A stretch of DNA of 64,000 nucleotides from Nitrospirales bacterium (GTDB lineage Bacteria > Nitrospirota > Nitrospiria > Nitrospirales > UBA8639): the NCBI GenBank assembly GCA_965203295.1, contig CBDBCZ010000018.1, positions 2,528,001 to 2,592,000 of the forward strand. Reading direction: 5' to 3'. This document shows positions 43,147 to 56,775 of the stretch, piece by piece (the stretch's first letter is position 1; every line of letters starts with the position of its first letter). The notes under the pieces were generated by a model. It was not told the origin of the DNA, made no database searches, and saw only the letters and a list, made by a program, of their open reading frames with translations. The position numbers and the translations under genes are program-made.

Positions 43147-44603
43147 AGCCGACTCACCCAACAGTCTCCGCCTTCACCGTGCTCGCTCGCTTTGTAGCCT
43201 TCTGTCCTTCTTCACAGCACACATGGGATTCGGCCGCACTCCTTTCTCTGTAGGCATGCCAACGTTTTTACGGAATAGACCTTGCACGGACGCACGCGCA
43301 CGCACAGGTCTACATTAAGGGGGGGGGCTCACTCGCGCTCATTTCAAAGGGAAATTACTAGTAATACAAAAGAAATAATCACGCTCGTCCCAAAAAGAGT
43401 ATATAGTATAAATAAATAAATAAAAACTCGCCATAAAAGGAGTAATACAAAAAAAAAATAGTAATTCACGCTCGCCCCAAAAGGAGTAATAAAATAATAA
43501 TACAACAATTATCAGTGATAGAAGAATAAACATTGTACAAAATCTGAAATATGACTTCTACAGTGTCATGCAAGTATATGCAGCACAAATGTGGCATACT
43601 CACTTGAAATAAAAAAAAGAACAGTTCAACGTGTGACGACAGCTTCATTACATGTAAATAGTCACAAAGAGAAAGTCTCGTCCACTTGAATCTTGACTTC
43701 CTGCTTCTAAATCAATCTTTACGTTGTTGTCCAAGGTATCTGCATTTGAAATCACCACTGATGCACTCTCTGGTAGAGCTTGTAAATTTCATTTGGGTGC
43801 TCGGATACTGTTGAACTCCAGCCACTGCTTGTGATGTGTGTGAGCTCACTACCTGCACGGCAGTATAAACATTATACAATAGTCAACATGACATTGTAAT
43901 CACCTTTGTAGATGCAGTTACAGAAACACTATAATAGAGCCAATAACGCCTCGGTACAAATATGACTAGTACACTCTAATACGTATGCATAGCCTATTTG
44001 TAGAATCTGAATGCCAGAGCTCAGTATGTATATAACAACTTAGGCAGTAATAGCAGGATCGATGATTATTGTTTTTAAAAGCACTGACAGGCTCATGCAG
44101 TAACACTGTGACTTACTCTCTTCTTGTACAGCCTGGTATTTTTCTGACGTAACTTTGCCTTCTGGCTTCCTACCCTGGGTGGTAAAACAATGTATGAAGC
44201 TGGTGATGTTACGAAGAATAACATGAACACTTGGCCATCATTGTCTCTACCAAGTGAATCGGATCATCTCAAGACTCTATTACAAGCTCTATATGTATGC
44301 CACATATCACAGTGACCTAATGCACTAGCTGTCACCATAGTCATTGTTGATTCCAGAGACTTTTATGCTTGCTTAACACAATGAGGTACATATGCAGTAA
44401 ATCCTTACTGGTCCCTCTCTCTATCTGTACATGATTGCAGCCATTCATGCCTTTAATCCTCTTTGAAAAATCCTCAGAAACGTGTGGCCTAACCAGCAAT
44501 AGAATTCGCGATAGAGCCTAATTTTCGAACCATGAACACAACAACTATTGAACTAAGGGAACAAAACTTTCAACCACTGCTCAAACTACACAGATGTATA
44601 ACT

Positions 44604-44769
44604 ACTAGTAAATGCAGAGCATTGTGGGGCGAGCGTTAGCGAGGGCATGACACTGAAATAGATATTTTTGAAGTATTTGCGGTATATAGGACCAAGCATC
44701 CGTACGTACAGACAAAATCGCCATTCATACCACTAAGGGGGGGGGGCTCGCTCACGCTCGCCCCAATTA
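44604..44769 (+). mobile_element. About 165-bp non-autonomous Helentron-like element
   Basis: Absent in paralogs (about 14765, 39290). Has subterminal inverted repeats ggggcgagcgt / acgctcgcccc, a 3' gctcgctcacgctcgcccc end, and no clear TSD. Confidence 0.75.
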
Positions 44770-47700
44770 TTTTATCCAATCAGTGGAAATGTACAAAACA
44801 TTTTTATATGTATTTTTACCTTCAAAGCTGTGCAGCAGTATTTTCAAAGGAAACACTGATGTACATAGACTTATACTGAAAATAATGACAGTCTCGCGTC
44901 TTCAAAACGACAAAGACTAGTTATCTACTTTTGATTCCCCCCCCTCCCACAAACATACAATTTAAAGAGTTAGGTATGCATTACATAAAGTGTGCCTGAG
45001 ATAGGACATAGTTGTATTAATTACTGCCTATCTGTGATGGTAGGGAAATTGGAGAAAAGGCGATAGTGTGTGGCAAAGCGGTGAGGTGGTGGGATGGTGA
45101 TATTAATTAATTAAGAAGAAGATTATAATAAGGAGACTGGTTTGTAAGTATTGACGGGGAAGATAAACGGGGAGAGTGTTACCAACTATGTTCGGAAATC
45201 AAGGAATTGGTATAAATAGTTGAAATGAGGTGATTGAAAAGCCTAATAAAGATTTTCATGAAAACAGGAAAGAGTTCTTGGGCATTTGTTGGCAGGATCT
45301 TCAAAGGATAGTCGTAAGGGTATATTGCTTCTTTGAGGGTTCATGTGTAACCAGTACCAAGGGAAAATTGGAAGTATTATGTGAACATTATGAAAGGCTG
45401 GGTACAGCATGCATCTGTAGATGATCAGTTTGATGGTAGCTGGAAAGAGAATGCATGTGGAGCAGAAAGTGACAGAATATAGCGAAAGTGACAGAGTACA
45501 GTGAAATGTCTCGATTACGGAAGGTTAAGGTTTTGGACAGTTGAATTAGTTTTGCAGAAATTTAACTAAAACCTTAAAGAATAATAATGCAGGAAGTAAT
45601 GATGGGCTTGTCATTAGTCTGTTGAAAGTCTAATCTGAAGTAGTTTGGACAGTGGAGACTGTTCCAAAACAAAGAGGACAAGTGTTAATTTTTAGCTTGG
45701 ATAAGAAAGGTGATACTGAGGGCCCGGGTAATTACAGAGGCATTACATTATTGAATGTGGGAGCAAAATTGTTTTAAACAATCACATAGTAATCACATTA
45801 GAATAAGAAAGAGCTCTTCATGAAGATTTAGAGAGAAAATGAGTCATGTTGATGGCATCTTTGTTCTCAATGAAATCATATCGGTAGAATGAGGAACACT
45901 TAAGCTTTTTTTTTTTAAAGTACTTGACAGAGTTGACATGATCACACAGAGTGCTGTTTTACTGAAGAGAGAAATATCTGATATAGGTCAGGGGGTGGCA
46001 CAGGTTTGTAGTATGTCACCTATACTCTTATTTAACTCTATTAATCAGTTGTTAGATGAGGTTGAGAAGTCTGTGATTAGATGTTCAGGTTGGGGGTCTA
46101 ATGTTTGCCGATGATTTTGTAGGTTTAACTCCTAATGCTGAGGACTTACAAACATTGATTAATGTAGTACAGGGGTTTTGTAATAAATGGAAGTTGAAAT
46201 CTAACATAAAAGGAGTGTTATTATGGTATTTTCTAAAGAGGTTGATGCAGGCACATGTTCTTGTTCCGAAATCTGGCTCCAGGTGGACCAAATTTAAAAG
46301 GAATATAGCTACTTGATGTAGATGACCAACTGCACGTTACAGACTCAGGTAAATAACATAGCTGCACTCTATTTACATCAGTGTGCATAGATTCAAGCTC
46401 TAACCATTACAGTACTTTCCTTAATGGCCTCACTTTAAAAACGTCATGGACTCACAGGATCCTCTTTCAATCTTTTCTGGTGTGTCTGGTTTATCCTGCG
46501 AAAAAAGGGGTATATTACGTATGTATATGTATGTCTGAGCATGTGCCTACACATACACTGCAACAGTAGTTATGATGGTACACGTATACAGATAATGCTA
46601 TCATACTTTGACAATATATACCGGTATCAATGTATTTTCTATCATTTGAATGCAATGAATGGTGTGTTCACATGTTAGGCATTGTAGTTGCTCCAGTGCT
46701 GGTGCTAGCCACGCTGGTTAGGCTGTGATTGGTTACCAGAGTGCTGCAGTGGGAGCTTTAAAGTAGTACAGCTGGTAGCAATATCACAGCTGCTGGCAAA
46801 GCTGACCAAAAATCATGGTAGTTCTATGTGTAATAGTTACCTTGCTGTCGTTATCTGTACTTGTTGAGGGCTTGTGCTACCTGAGAAGGGCTTGGATCTG
46901 CGACTCAAAGCCGAGGGCTGGGCTCCCATCGTAAGGTTTGTGATTTTAGTATGAGCAAAAGGTTACTGTTTATTTGTACATAGGATTAGCTAAGAGCTGA
47001 GCTGTTATTAACTTAATATTTGGTCGAAACTGGTCTTTTTTCTTCTCTCCATATGTTTCTTTTTCACTGTAAGATATTTTGTGGTGAAAGGCTTTTTTCA
47101 CACACATCACTCTATTTCACTGTACATTCACAAAGGCTGCAAGATGAGAGTGCAGTGGTGGAGAATGAGAGGAAGTACTTTACCAAGCTAAGGGAGGAAT
47201 TGCAGCCTGGAGATGGACTTGAAGGTGGAGTGCATGGTGCAGACTCACAATACAAAATCAACTGACTAAACTAGAGCTGGGATATACGTATGGGTCAAAG
47301 AATTTGGGTACAATTTCTTTTTTGTGGCCAGCTTACCTGATTGTATTGCAATATGCTGCACATTCTCTATTATACGTACCACAATACGTAAGTTTAAGTG
47401 CTACTGATTTTCAATGGAGTTGTTGTAGGTGTTTACCATATAATTTCTGGGATAGATTAGTTTAGTGCATGTGCAATTAATGACAACTCGTGATTATATT
47501 AATCTTTCACTTGCTATGTATGTACATAGCAAGTGGTGGGGTTGAACCTTTACAAAGATTTTCAGTGGAAAGCTTTATAATGTTAATGTCAGACAGAATA
47601 GGAACAATCTCAGGCCCTGCGAAATATTAGCATCCCCTGCATCCAAACTACATGGGTAAGAGTTGACTCAATTAGTCTACCAGGCTATTAAATGGTTCGT

Positions 47701-47845
47701 GAAAACTCTGCAGCTGGTTGCTGGTAGTATATACGTATACATCTAACATGATCAGTTGTAATTTGGCAAAAACATGCATATGCACATATCACACATATGT
47801 ATGTTACTTCTCTACATACATCATTCACAAATGGCTTTTATATAC

Positions 47846-48916
47846 CACTTTTTCCAGGTCTGCTATCTTGCCATACAAGGCATCTCTCTCAGCTTGAGCT
47901 TGACTCATTAGCTGTTGGTGGGCCTCCAGAACTGCTGCCTATGAAGGAGAGGTATTGGGAGAATCGTTTCAACAGCAGTAGATTCAGCACGGCAGACTTG
48001 TCTAAATTCCACCCTTCTCATTTTTTTTCCTTTTAAGCTTCCTCCCTTTCTCTTACAGCCTCTCAATTTCTTCATGACACAAAGTATTCTCCCTATAGAA
48101 GCAATATGTAGATGTAGGCTGTATCTCAATTATCGCAAATAGCTAATATGTTTGTACACGTGTTCTAGCTGTTGACGTGGGTTATATCTTAATTATCCTA
48201 CTAATAGTATGAACCTGTGTTCAAGCTGTTGCTTCAACTTTGTGATCTCTTGCTGATAGGCTGACAGCAATGCTTTCTGTGACATGTCCTTGTTGATCTG
48301 CGCAGTGTCCATGCTACTTTTTGCCCTGAGTATTCAAATGTGGATATAGAGAGAGAATACTGCTAAGAAAGAACTGATAAGAAGCATGTTTTAAAAAGTG
48401 TAAAGACAAACCAATCTGAAGAAAACAGAATTAGCCAGTGACTCTGAACACAACACTAGGTGTGCTAGTAGTGATGGCTGCCAGCAGATACGTGTACAAC
48501 TCAACCGTTACCAGTATGAAATATGTACGTGAACAGACTGCTACGTATTTGCATGTAACATTTATTGGAGGATAATAATAGCATGCTTCCCTTACACCAG
48601 AGTAAATTCTCATGCTACATTTTCATTGTGGGTGTAATTACGTGCAAATAAGTACTGGATACTGGTATATACGTATGTACATGCGTACCTCAAATCTTAT
48701 ACTGGGTTATTGCTGCATACATAATTCATTGCACTTATGTTATATACATGGACAGTACCTTTTGGCAAATTTGAGTGTATTGAGTGACTATGCATACCTA
48801 CATACTAGAGAGAGGTATGATGGTAGCAATGAGGGTGGTTTTGCAGTTGCCTCCAAGGCAGTCCTGCAGCAACCGTGTCAGCTTAGAATCTCGATAAGGA
48901 ATATACTTCACACCCC
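47846..48916 (-). pseudogene. Kinesin gene fragment, copy 3
   Basis: [34 protein letters not shown] with CGA intact (48891-48893). Neck and stalk exons as in copy 2, with frameshifts. Confidence 0.88.
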
Positions 48917-50195
48917 AGGTTATGCTTGTTTCTTGAGTGCACCAAGTGCCTCCAGTTTTACTACGAGCTACTGGTCATATGACACACTTAAAAGGCTGAG
49001 GATGAATGGCGATACTCTAGTAAAACCCTGGCGACTTCAGCCAGGAGCTGCTCATCATCCTGAATGGAAGTACGTAAATCAGAGTCATGCTGAAGGCTTG
49101 TGCTAGAACATAGATAAGTACCATCAGTACAACTGACTTATTAAGCTAGAGATGTCACCAGTATTAAAATGGAGTTAGAATCTGTAAGTTATGACTATAG
49201 GCCTTGGAACGTTTTGTCTTGCTGCAGAATACGTACACAACACATGCTACGTAGCTGCACTGTGGTTCACACAAAACCTATCATACGTACACATATGTAT
49301 GTATGTACGTATGTATGTATGTATGTATGTATGTATGTATGTGAACGTGCTAGTGTAATACAACTACTGGCTAGTTAGCAGCCTAACAGATGCTGTCCAT
49401 GGAAGTGTAAGGTATTAATAGTATCTCCACTTACTTAGTAACCATAAACATACTGCAATGTATAATTAGGAACAGTTAATTTGTATACAGTAACCTATCC
49501 AACTATATTGTAAACTTCAGATCTTCATATACATACCTCTTTCTTAGGTGTTGCTACAAATTGCATGGCCTCTTTGACTAATGCTTCAGGGTGTATGCAC
49601 GCGACAGCCAATAAAGTACCATGCACCCATTTCAATGTGATGTGCATTGAAAACTGCCAAGTTGATAGCCTGGGCGCACATATTGTAGCCAGATGTACTT
49701 TCTTGTCGTTTATAAATATCACTACTAAGAGTCCACATGAACAGAGAGCAGAACTGTAGCCATTGGAAGAAAGGACAAACTACATGTATATGGGCTGACA
49801 TATACCTGTACATGTAGCAAAAGTGACATACTGTTCATGCAAGTAATGGCTGCCAAGTGGAGGCAGTGTACACTACAACATTCCCAAGTCATTACATTTG
49901 GCTGATCTACTGCTGTTCATACATGTACACAGGCTTTGATTGCTCTGCTCCTGGAAGCCACGCTGTATGTACTGTATTGACTGGCAGACACTACAAAGAA
50001 ATAATGGGATCAACACAAGAGGGTGATTAATACAGGGTTGAACGCTTTGATACAGTTATATGCAAAATAATTTACAAGCTCAATCAGCATTATCTCAAAT
50101 TATGAAGAGTAGGCTTGAGATAAAATGCTATTCTCCAATTCTTTGATTTTTATTTCAAATTACTTCTCAAGTAACAGCTTTTCCTACACTGTAAC

Positions 50196-50640
50196 AACAA
50201 GTCTGACATTTCATGTCTAAAAAACCAGCCGGACGCCTTTCCCGTACAATATACACAACTCAGCTTAGGCCAAACTACTAATCTACAGCTGTAGAGTCAG
50301 AGAAACTATATTCCTAGAGCGGTACAGCGAAAGTGCTGACTCAGCAGTTTCGTCATGCGCCTCTAGTTAGTAGCTATAATATTATGCCCAGAAACCAGGA
50401 TCTTCACGGCTACCTACCACGTTTTCGCCATCTAGGCAACACAAAACTACCTTCATTTGCTGTAGCTTGGCCTGCAAACCTCCAAACGCTGCTGTACACT
50501 GCAGTTGCATGGTAACGTATGACGTAATATATTGCGCACGTGATAAGTGCGGACGCACAAACAGACAAACAAACAGACGCGGAAAACGTAAAGTAATCTT
50601 AGTACCAGCCGTCCGCGCGCTGCGCGCGCTCCGGCTGGTA
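50196..50640 (+). mobile_element. About 445-bp Helentron-like insertion with GC-rich 3' hairpin (5' fragment of same family at about 3870-3950)
   Basis: Absent from the paralog at about 26395. Begins aacaagtctgacatttcatg..aaccagccgg and ends accagccgtccgcgcgctgcgcgcgctccggctggt. Confidence 0.75.
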
Positions 50641-51356
50641 AAAATTATTAATAAAGTGAGCATTCTAGGAAAGACAAGTATGATGACACTAATACACCGA
50701 TCACTTGATCAGACGCTATTGATACTATCATAGAGTGCTAGCTAGCCACTCGACCAAAGAAAACTATTGCCAGTCCTCTTGCATTGCCGGTGGGAGGGCA
50801 GGGCTGGCCCACTCATCTTGGCACACGCCACCAATAAACGATGAGGTTTGCTACTACTCTAGAATCATGCTTTATGCTAATGTCTTGCTATTATTCTCAG
50901 CAATAATTATTTCAAGCCTCTAATGATAAGAACCTACATGTAAATCTAGCAAGCTGTATTGTAGAGTAAAAGGTGCTATTGAAAATTCAACCACAAAGGG
51001 CTACAATGCCCCATAGTTTCTTTATAAAGTGAAAGCACTATCACCCTGTAGAAACAGTTAAGTGACAATGAATATCCTGCATGACAACTACTTCAGTTGT
51101 GTAGCATCACCAGGTGCTGTATATGCAAAGCAGTACTCAAAAAAGAATGAAGACTGTACTACACTACATAGCTAGCATGTTTGTAGTTCACTGCTTCTGT
51201 GCAGTCGCTTATAATATATATATCATGTGGCGGCCATAACGCTTATATCATTGACCACGCACCCACATACACAGGCGGAGCTTGCAAGACCTCCAGTCAG
51301 AGGATAAGAGAAAGAGCAACCACATGTTTAATTAACCAGTACCATCCTGATTGCCA

Positions 51357-52114
51357 TCTATTATTACGCCTGGTTGTGTCCGTTCGTCCGTTCGTCCGTC
51401 CGTCCGTGCGTACGTGTGAAAAACGGAAACGGAAGCCGCATGCGCGCGCTCCCGGATGCACCTTCGACCTGTGACCAGTTCACGGTCACAGGTCAAAGTA
51501 CCACGTGTCTGTATGTGAAGTGCGAGAAGATGCTAGCTCTTTCCAGCGACTACAAGACTTAGTCTCACGATGTCAGGCACTTTAACACAAAGGTTAGTTG
51601 CGGTATAGTCCTAGCTGTAAGTGAAAGCCAAGCAGAGATATAACTGCTATGCTAGGCTAACCATGTCGATGTGCATTAAATGGAGTCGGTGCCGTTCGCC
51701 TGCATGTAGCCTGCGGTATAGCTAGGCTACAGTGCTAGCTCGCCTGTTTGGTCAAGCAGCTGTTTGTAGTCTCTCCTCTGAGTCACTGCCTCTGGTTAGA
51801 ATGTGGTGAACATGCAAGTAGCCATGCTGAGAATAAAATCAGTGCCATTCACTTGATATGTAGCTAGGCTATGGCTGTGAAGAGCTAGGCTGTAGTCCCA
51901 GCATGCCTAAACTGTTTTACAGCTGATTGTAGTCTTCTCTGTAGCGCTGTCTCCACACTTCAGTCTGCCAGCAACACTACTAGCTAAATGTACCCTACAA
52001 ACCAACAAATCACATGCAGATTACATCTTTAATCTCTATCTGTATAGAGTGAGCGCAGCGAGCGAGTTCAACAAACACAAGTAGTTGTGCGAGCGAAGCG
52101 AGCACAACTACTTG
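51357..52114 (+). mobile_element. 758-bp non-autonomous canonical Helitron
   Basis: Inserted between A and T with no TSD relative to the empty paralog at about 25683. Starts 5' TCTATTATTA and ends with hairpin gtgcgagcgaagcgagcac followed by aactaCTTG (CTRR-like). Confidence 0.85.
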
Positions 52115-53879
52115 TATAATTTATTCTTCCAGCTTAATAATATAAACTCTTAACTACAGTCACTAATACTGAGCATGAACATTTGTTTGTGGGTGGGTAG
52201 ATATGATAGCCCCACAGAGTCTGCATAACTTTTTCTAGACACTCCAAATGGTGTTCCATTGTCAGGTACTCAATACACACACGTGCCGCGATCGAACAAA
52301 CTTGAACGAGTACTGCGCTCAATAGACAAAAGATAGCAGCTAGCAACAAAGACTATCTAGCAAATAGCTGAATTAACACTGGGAAGGTGTGAACTTTGAA
52401 GGAAAATTTCGAGAGCAGGCCTACATGTATGCATATACTAATATATACTAGACATACGCATGCGCAGTGAGGCCTCGCGCAGAGACACGTGGAGAGGTGA
52501 CCAAACCCACTAGAGTACGAGTCCGTGTGAAGAGAGAAGTTATTGAATATGCTGGGTACGACAACGCGACTACGCTTTCAGTAGACGGATATCTCTGTCT
52601 GAAACGCACTTCCAAGGCACAGCTATGGTTGACACAGTCACTGGGCTTTGCTCCTGTTCATAGCGCTCGATTTGCCATGATACCATCGGGCCATCATGTC
52701 TCTGCTGAAACAGAGGCTACTGAAACCCTTGTGGTATTGGAGCTGCAATAAGACAGCCTTGGTAAAACACAGTGATCGACTTGATTAACTCTCTGATCGT
52801 TCATGCACCAGCAGCACAAAATTTGAAGCCGTGTAACTTGGCGAAGACGCCATCTTGAATATGTGCCTGCCCCCGGGGTGGTCCCCTGGGCCGAAAGCGT
52901 TACAGACATTTACATATATATATATATATACACTAGCTCAGATTCGACCGACGCACTTTAAGATTAATTGCCTCGCGCTAAGGCGCTCAGCAACAAGACT
53001 TACAATGCTCTTTTCTGGGTTCCGACATACAAAATAGCCAAAAGCATATATATTGGTCCCTTCAGTAGCCTCAGGTAGTGTCTCAAAGAACGGACACAGC
53101 TGCTACTTTGTAGTTTTCTAGTAGAGTTCGAAAAACACCCAGAAGAGTATCAGTAAGCTTTCTTATAATTTCGACCGGAAGTAATGTTGATGATGTCACG
53201 AGGAAACCTACGGTAAGTCAGAGGCTACAAGCGGCTGTGATATTAGCTAGAGAACTGGTCACTATCATGAAGTACGGTAGTACTCCATATGTAGGGATGG
53301 CCCTGATAAAAAATGGCCTTCCCATTAAATGTGTATTAAATGACATGTTCAAAACTCTGCTGTGGGTGTAGTCTAGGACAAATAAGAGCCCTACGCACCA
53401 GTTAGTCTCAGATGTGGTCATCACTAACCAGAGTGGTAGTACAGCTAAAGAACATCCCTGAAATGCCAAAGCAGCAAGTGGTTAAAACCGCCGATTCCGT
53501 CTATCTCGGTCTTAGTCAGATTCTTTCAGCCAGGCTAACACGAGAATGGGCGAAGTGATCAGCAAGATTCCAACACGAACGGGCATGATTGACCCTCGGG
53601 TAGTGCCTTTTGGGCACAGCGTTTTAAAAAAAAATTCGAATTAGTTCAGCAGTGATAACGAGCACTCTCGAGTGGACGCTTGCCACTCACACGCCGTTTT
53701 ACTGTAGGAAGATACTACGCATGCGCAAATTGCCTGCCAGCGCGTGTTTAGTGGTCTATTGAAAGCCTACCTTGGATCGTGCTGTCCGGTCCTTTTCTCG
53801 AGTGGAAGTGCGAAAGTGCCTGAAATTCGTGTGTTTGCTGATCTTCTTGGAATTACAAGGTACTTTGCATGCAGTATGC

Positions 53880-54095
53880 CTAGTTCAACGACTCAGCCTA
53901 TCAGCATGTTCAGAGAGCCTGTGCACTTCCCATTGATGACAAATGGCAGATGTGTAGTAGCCAATGAAATCAGCAGCTCTGAATATGAAGGCAGTAAGGG
54001 CCAGCAGCCTGTGAAATGGCACTGTAGTAGTGAGTGCAACACAGTCACTGAAGCAGAAGTAGCTGCCATAGTTCACCTCGAGCAAGCATTTGAGG
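53880..54095 (+). mobile_element. Degenerate coding fragment, possibly from the N-terminal region of a Helitron-type protein
   Basis: FNDSAYQHVQRACALPIDD-GRCVVANEI...KWHCSSECNTVTEAEVAAIVHLEQAFE across a frameshift. Family assignment is from recollection only. Confidence 0.35.
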
Positions 54096-55480
54096 ACCTT
54101 CTCACCCAATTCACCCAACACAACACTGCACTTTATACTGATGACCTCAACAACACCCAGTATCATTCTACTCGTGCCAACACGTTCACATACTTCCATA
54201 CATCTGCAACACTATACATCACAACACTTATTTATACACAATAAAACACCCCACATGTACATCCTTGTACACAAACACAAAACAATCCAAACTCAGAAAT
54301 CTACTGGCCAACCCCACTCTTAATAACATCAACACTCCATAATACTCCAAATCCTTTCATGCCATCTCCCAAAAAACACCCCAAAACAAGTTACAGAAAA
54401 AGCACTTTCCAAAAAGTGCAAAAACCGGTCATGTAGGGATGCAGTTCCAGCAATAAACACTTCCCCAAAACCAACGAAACAAGCGACAATGCACACCGGA
54501 AGGCGTGCACAGACTACCCACACATCATAGCGCGATGTATTTACCGCGTACCTACCATCCCTACATCTTTCCAACCACACCCATCACAAACCATACCACA
54601 CACCCATACACAACACCCTTCAACACATACCACCATCCACAATCATCACCATCCTCAACCGTTATACCACAACAACCACCCTCACATCCACATCCACAAC
54701 GATTACATACTTCACAAAACACAACGCCCCACGCTACAGCCAACCCAAATCTCCACAGCAACACTACTCCCATCAAAACCCACTCTGCTCCATAAATCCC
54801 ACTCACGAAAAAGCACAGAGCCGTCTACACAAATCCAGAATTGCAGCCATTTCTCTCTAATGAAGGGCGATAAGTCTTCATTCTCGATGTCTGGACATGC
54901 ACCCTATAGACCTACAGATACAGCCGTGGCATTAGCAGCATCTGTCTCTTGGATTCGGAGAGATTTACCGTGAATGCATTTCAAGCTGGTTAGTAAATAT
55001 AGCGCCTGTACGGTGGAAATACTGCACACACCGACAAAACTTTGTTTCTGGGCTTTCTCCAGTTTCTATACTCTAGCCCTGCATAGCTTTTGTGGCCTCC
55101 CATTACCGTGTTGTCGAGTTATGAGCGTAAAAACCGTACACGCATGAAATTTTACTCCATTGCTACTTCCACGGGGTAAATTAAATTTGCAGCGACAGCT
55201 AGCTAGTTGTCCACATGCTACTTAAAAAAAAATCTTGCATGCATAAAATGATTTATCCTGGGTGATGCCAAGGACAATACAACTGTTGCTATTACTAGCT
55301 GTCTTCCATCAATCAAAGTTACAGTTTCAGAGCAATTGAGATGGCATTTGTAGCTGGATAAATGGGGGGACCATTTACGATAAAGTGGGGCCATGTACAG
55401 TGCCACAGATGGTCCGAGGGGAACCAATTATTCTGTGACAGATGGTCTGGAGGGACCACTGTGGAGGGTGGGGGGAGGAC

Positions 55481-55596
55481 TAGTCTAGCTAGCTATCCCC
55501 AACTTCTACCCACCTTGGCATCGCTTGCAGGATCTCGGCCAAGATCCTGCAAGCGATCCCAAGGTGGGTAGAAGTTGGGGATAGCTAACTAGACTA
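55481..55596. repeat. 116-bp near-perfect palindrome (fold-back TAG...CTA element)
   Basis: tagtctagctagctatccccaacttctacccaccttgg...ccaaggtgggtagaagttggggatagctaactagacta, flanked by imperfect g-rich..gac duplications. Confidence 0.8.
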
Positions 55597-55825
55597 GGGG
55601 GGGACTACTTACAGTGTAACAAGTCCTGCCTAATTTGCTGAGGCACATTATGCGTGTATATTCCTGGCAAAATATCATTTATTTTTAGGAGCTAGTAGTA
55701 GCTCATAACCTGGCAATTATAGCACTATGAGAAAGGGGGAGGGGTTCGTTCATATTAAAAGTCGCCCACGATCAGTTACGAGTCCTACGACTAGGTGGGT
55801 CTACAATGCATCCAGCATGTCTATA

Positions 55826-55842
55826 CATAGATACAATCTATG
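55826..55842. mobile_element. 17-bp P-element-like footprint
   Basis: gtctata-catagatacaatctatg-gtctata. Confidence 0.65.
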
Positions 55843-55888
55843 GTCTATACAACTACCATGAACACTAAATTTACAGCAGCACGCATAC

Positions 55889-56039
55889 CGGGGTAAGGCC
55901 TTCTGTACTTCTGCTTGCTGCTGGAAATCGGAACACTAGATCTCACAGCAACACATGCACTGGGGTGAATTTCCGTTCCACCGTTCAGATGGCCTGGGAT
56001 CACAGCTAGTCGCCTTGCTGGAGATCCTAATTCCTCCAT
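55889..56039 (-). other. Putative first coding exon with PTS2 peroxisomal targeting motif; parent gene unidentified
   Basis: ATG at 56039 gives MEELGSPARRLAVIPGHLNGG...YRRPYP followed by a GTATGC donor. RLAVIPGHL fits RLx5HL. Confidence 0.45.
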
Positions 56040-56281
56040 ACTGGCTGCAGCACTCGTATAGCGTGCGCGGACATTAATTAAGCGGTCCACGTGTCCCTTT
56101 GACGTTCCACGTGCTTACGATTTGCCTTAGAGAGTGGAGTCTTGATCGAAGTGAATCCATCATGTAAGCTACATATCCAGTGTTTTTGGTGTCTGATACT
56201 GTAGCGTTGAAGCATGTATTTCAGGTTTAAGAGTTCTTTATTCCCTCACGTTGTCCTTAAATCTCTTGTAATAACTGATAC

Positions 56282-56309
56282 CATAGATAATATACCTCCT
56301 TCCCCTATG
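56282..56309. mobile_element. 28-bp P-element-like footprint
   Basis: ctgatac-catagataatatacctccttcccctatg-ctgatac. Confidence 0.65.
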
Positions 56310-56775
56310 CTGATACATAATCCAGACGCTTAGTAACATTTTCATGGGGCATGTCCATAGGTATTGACTGTTGAGGTATTGTCTAACTAGCTGTTTGAGT
56401 TCGTGATTGATGTGTGTGCTAAATTTGGTGTTTAGGCCTGGAAGCACTCCCATAGACCAGTCGCAATCATAATTTATTGTTCATGACTTCCACGCCACAC
56501 CACACTTGTTCATTGATTTTTGCCTAGATACATGAGCTCAAAGTTTTGTAGTGCTTTAGGTTGTTTACCTTGGTAAAATGGCTACCTTGGAGGTAGCCTT
56601 GTGACCAGGTTCTTGCGGGGGAGGAAAGTAGAGCCTGATACACTGTGCAAGGAATACAGCAAATGTATCCGTGAATTACCTCAACCACGTGGTACGGAGG
56701 CAGTATACATTGGAACCCCTCTTAAAGGACACCCCTGAAATAAGGACACCTCTGTATTAGAGACATGCACATCAC

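Larger units (their letters stand above)
37654..46366. repeat. Large imperfect palindrome: arms 37654-41279 and about 42693-46366, 1.4-kb spacer
   Basis: The arms are reverse complements (LINE remnant, exon-like block, Helitron remnant). Confidence 0.93.

Noticed and set aside
54561..54806. Cys/Gly/Val-rich ORF on the minus strand
   Set aside because: An artefact of the C-depleted minus strand of the G-poor tract.
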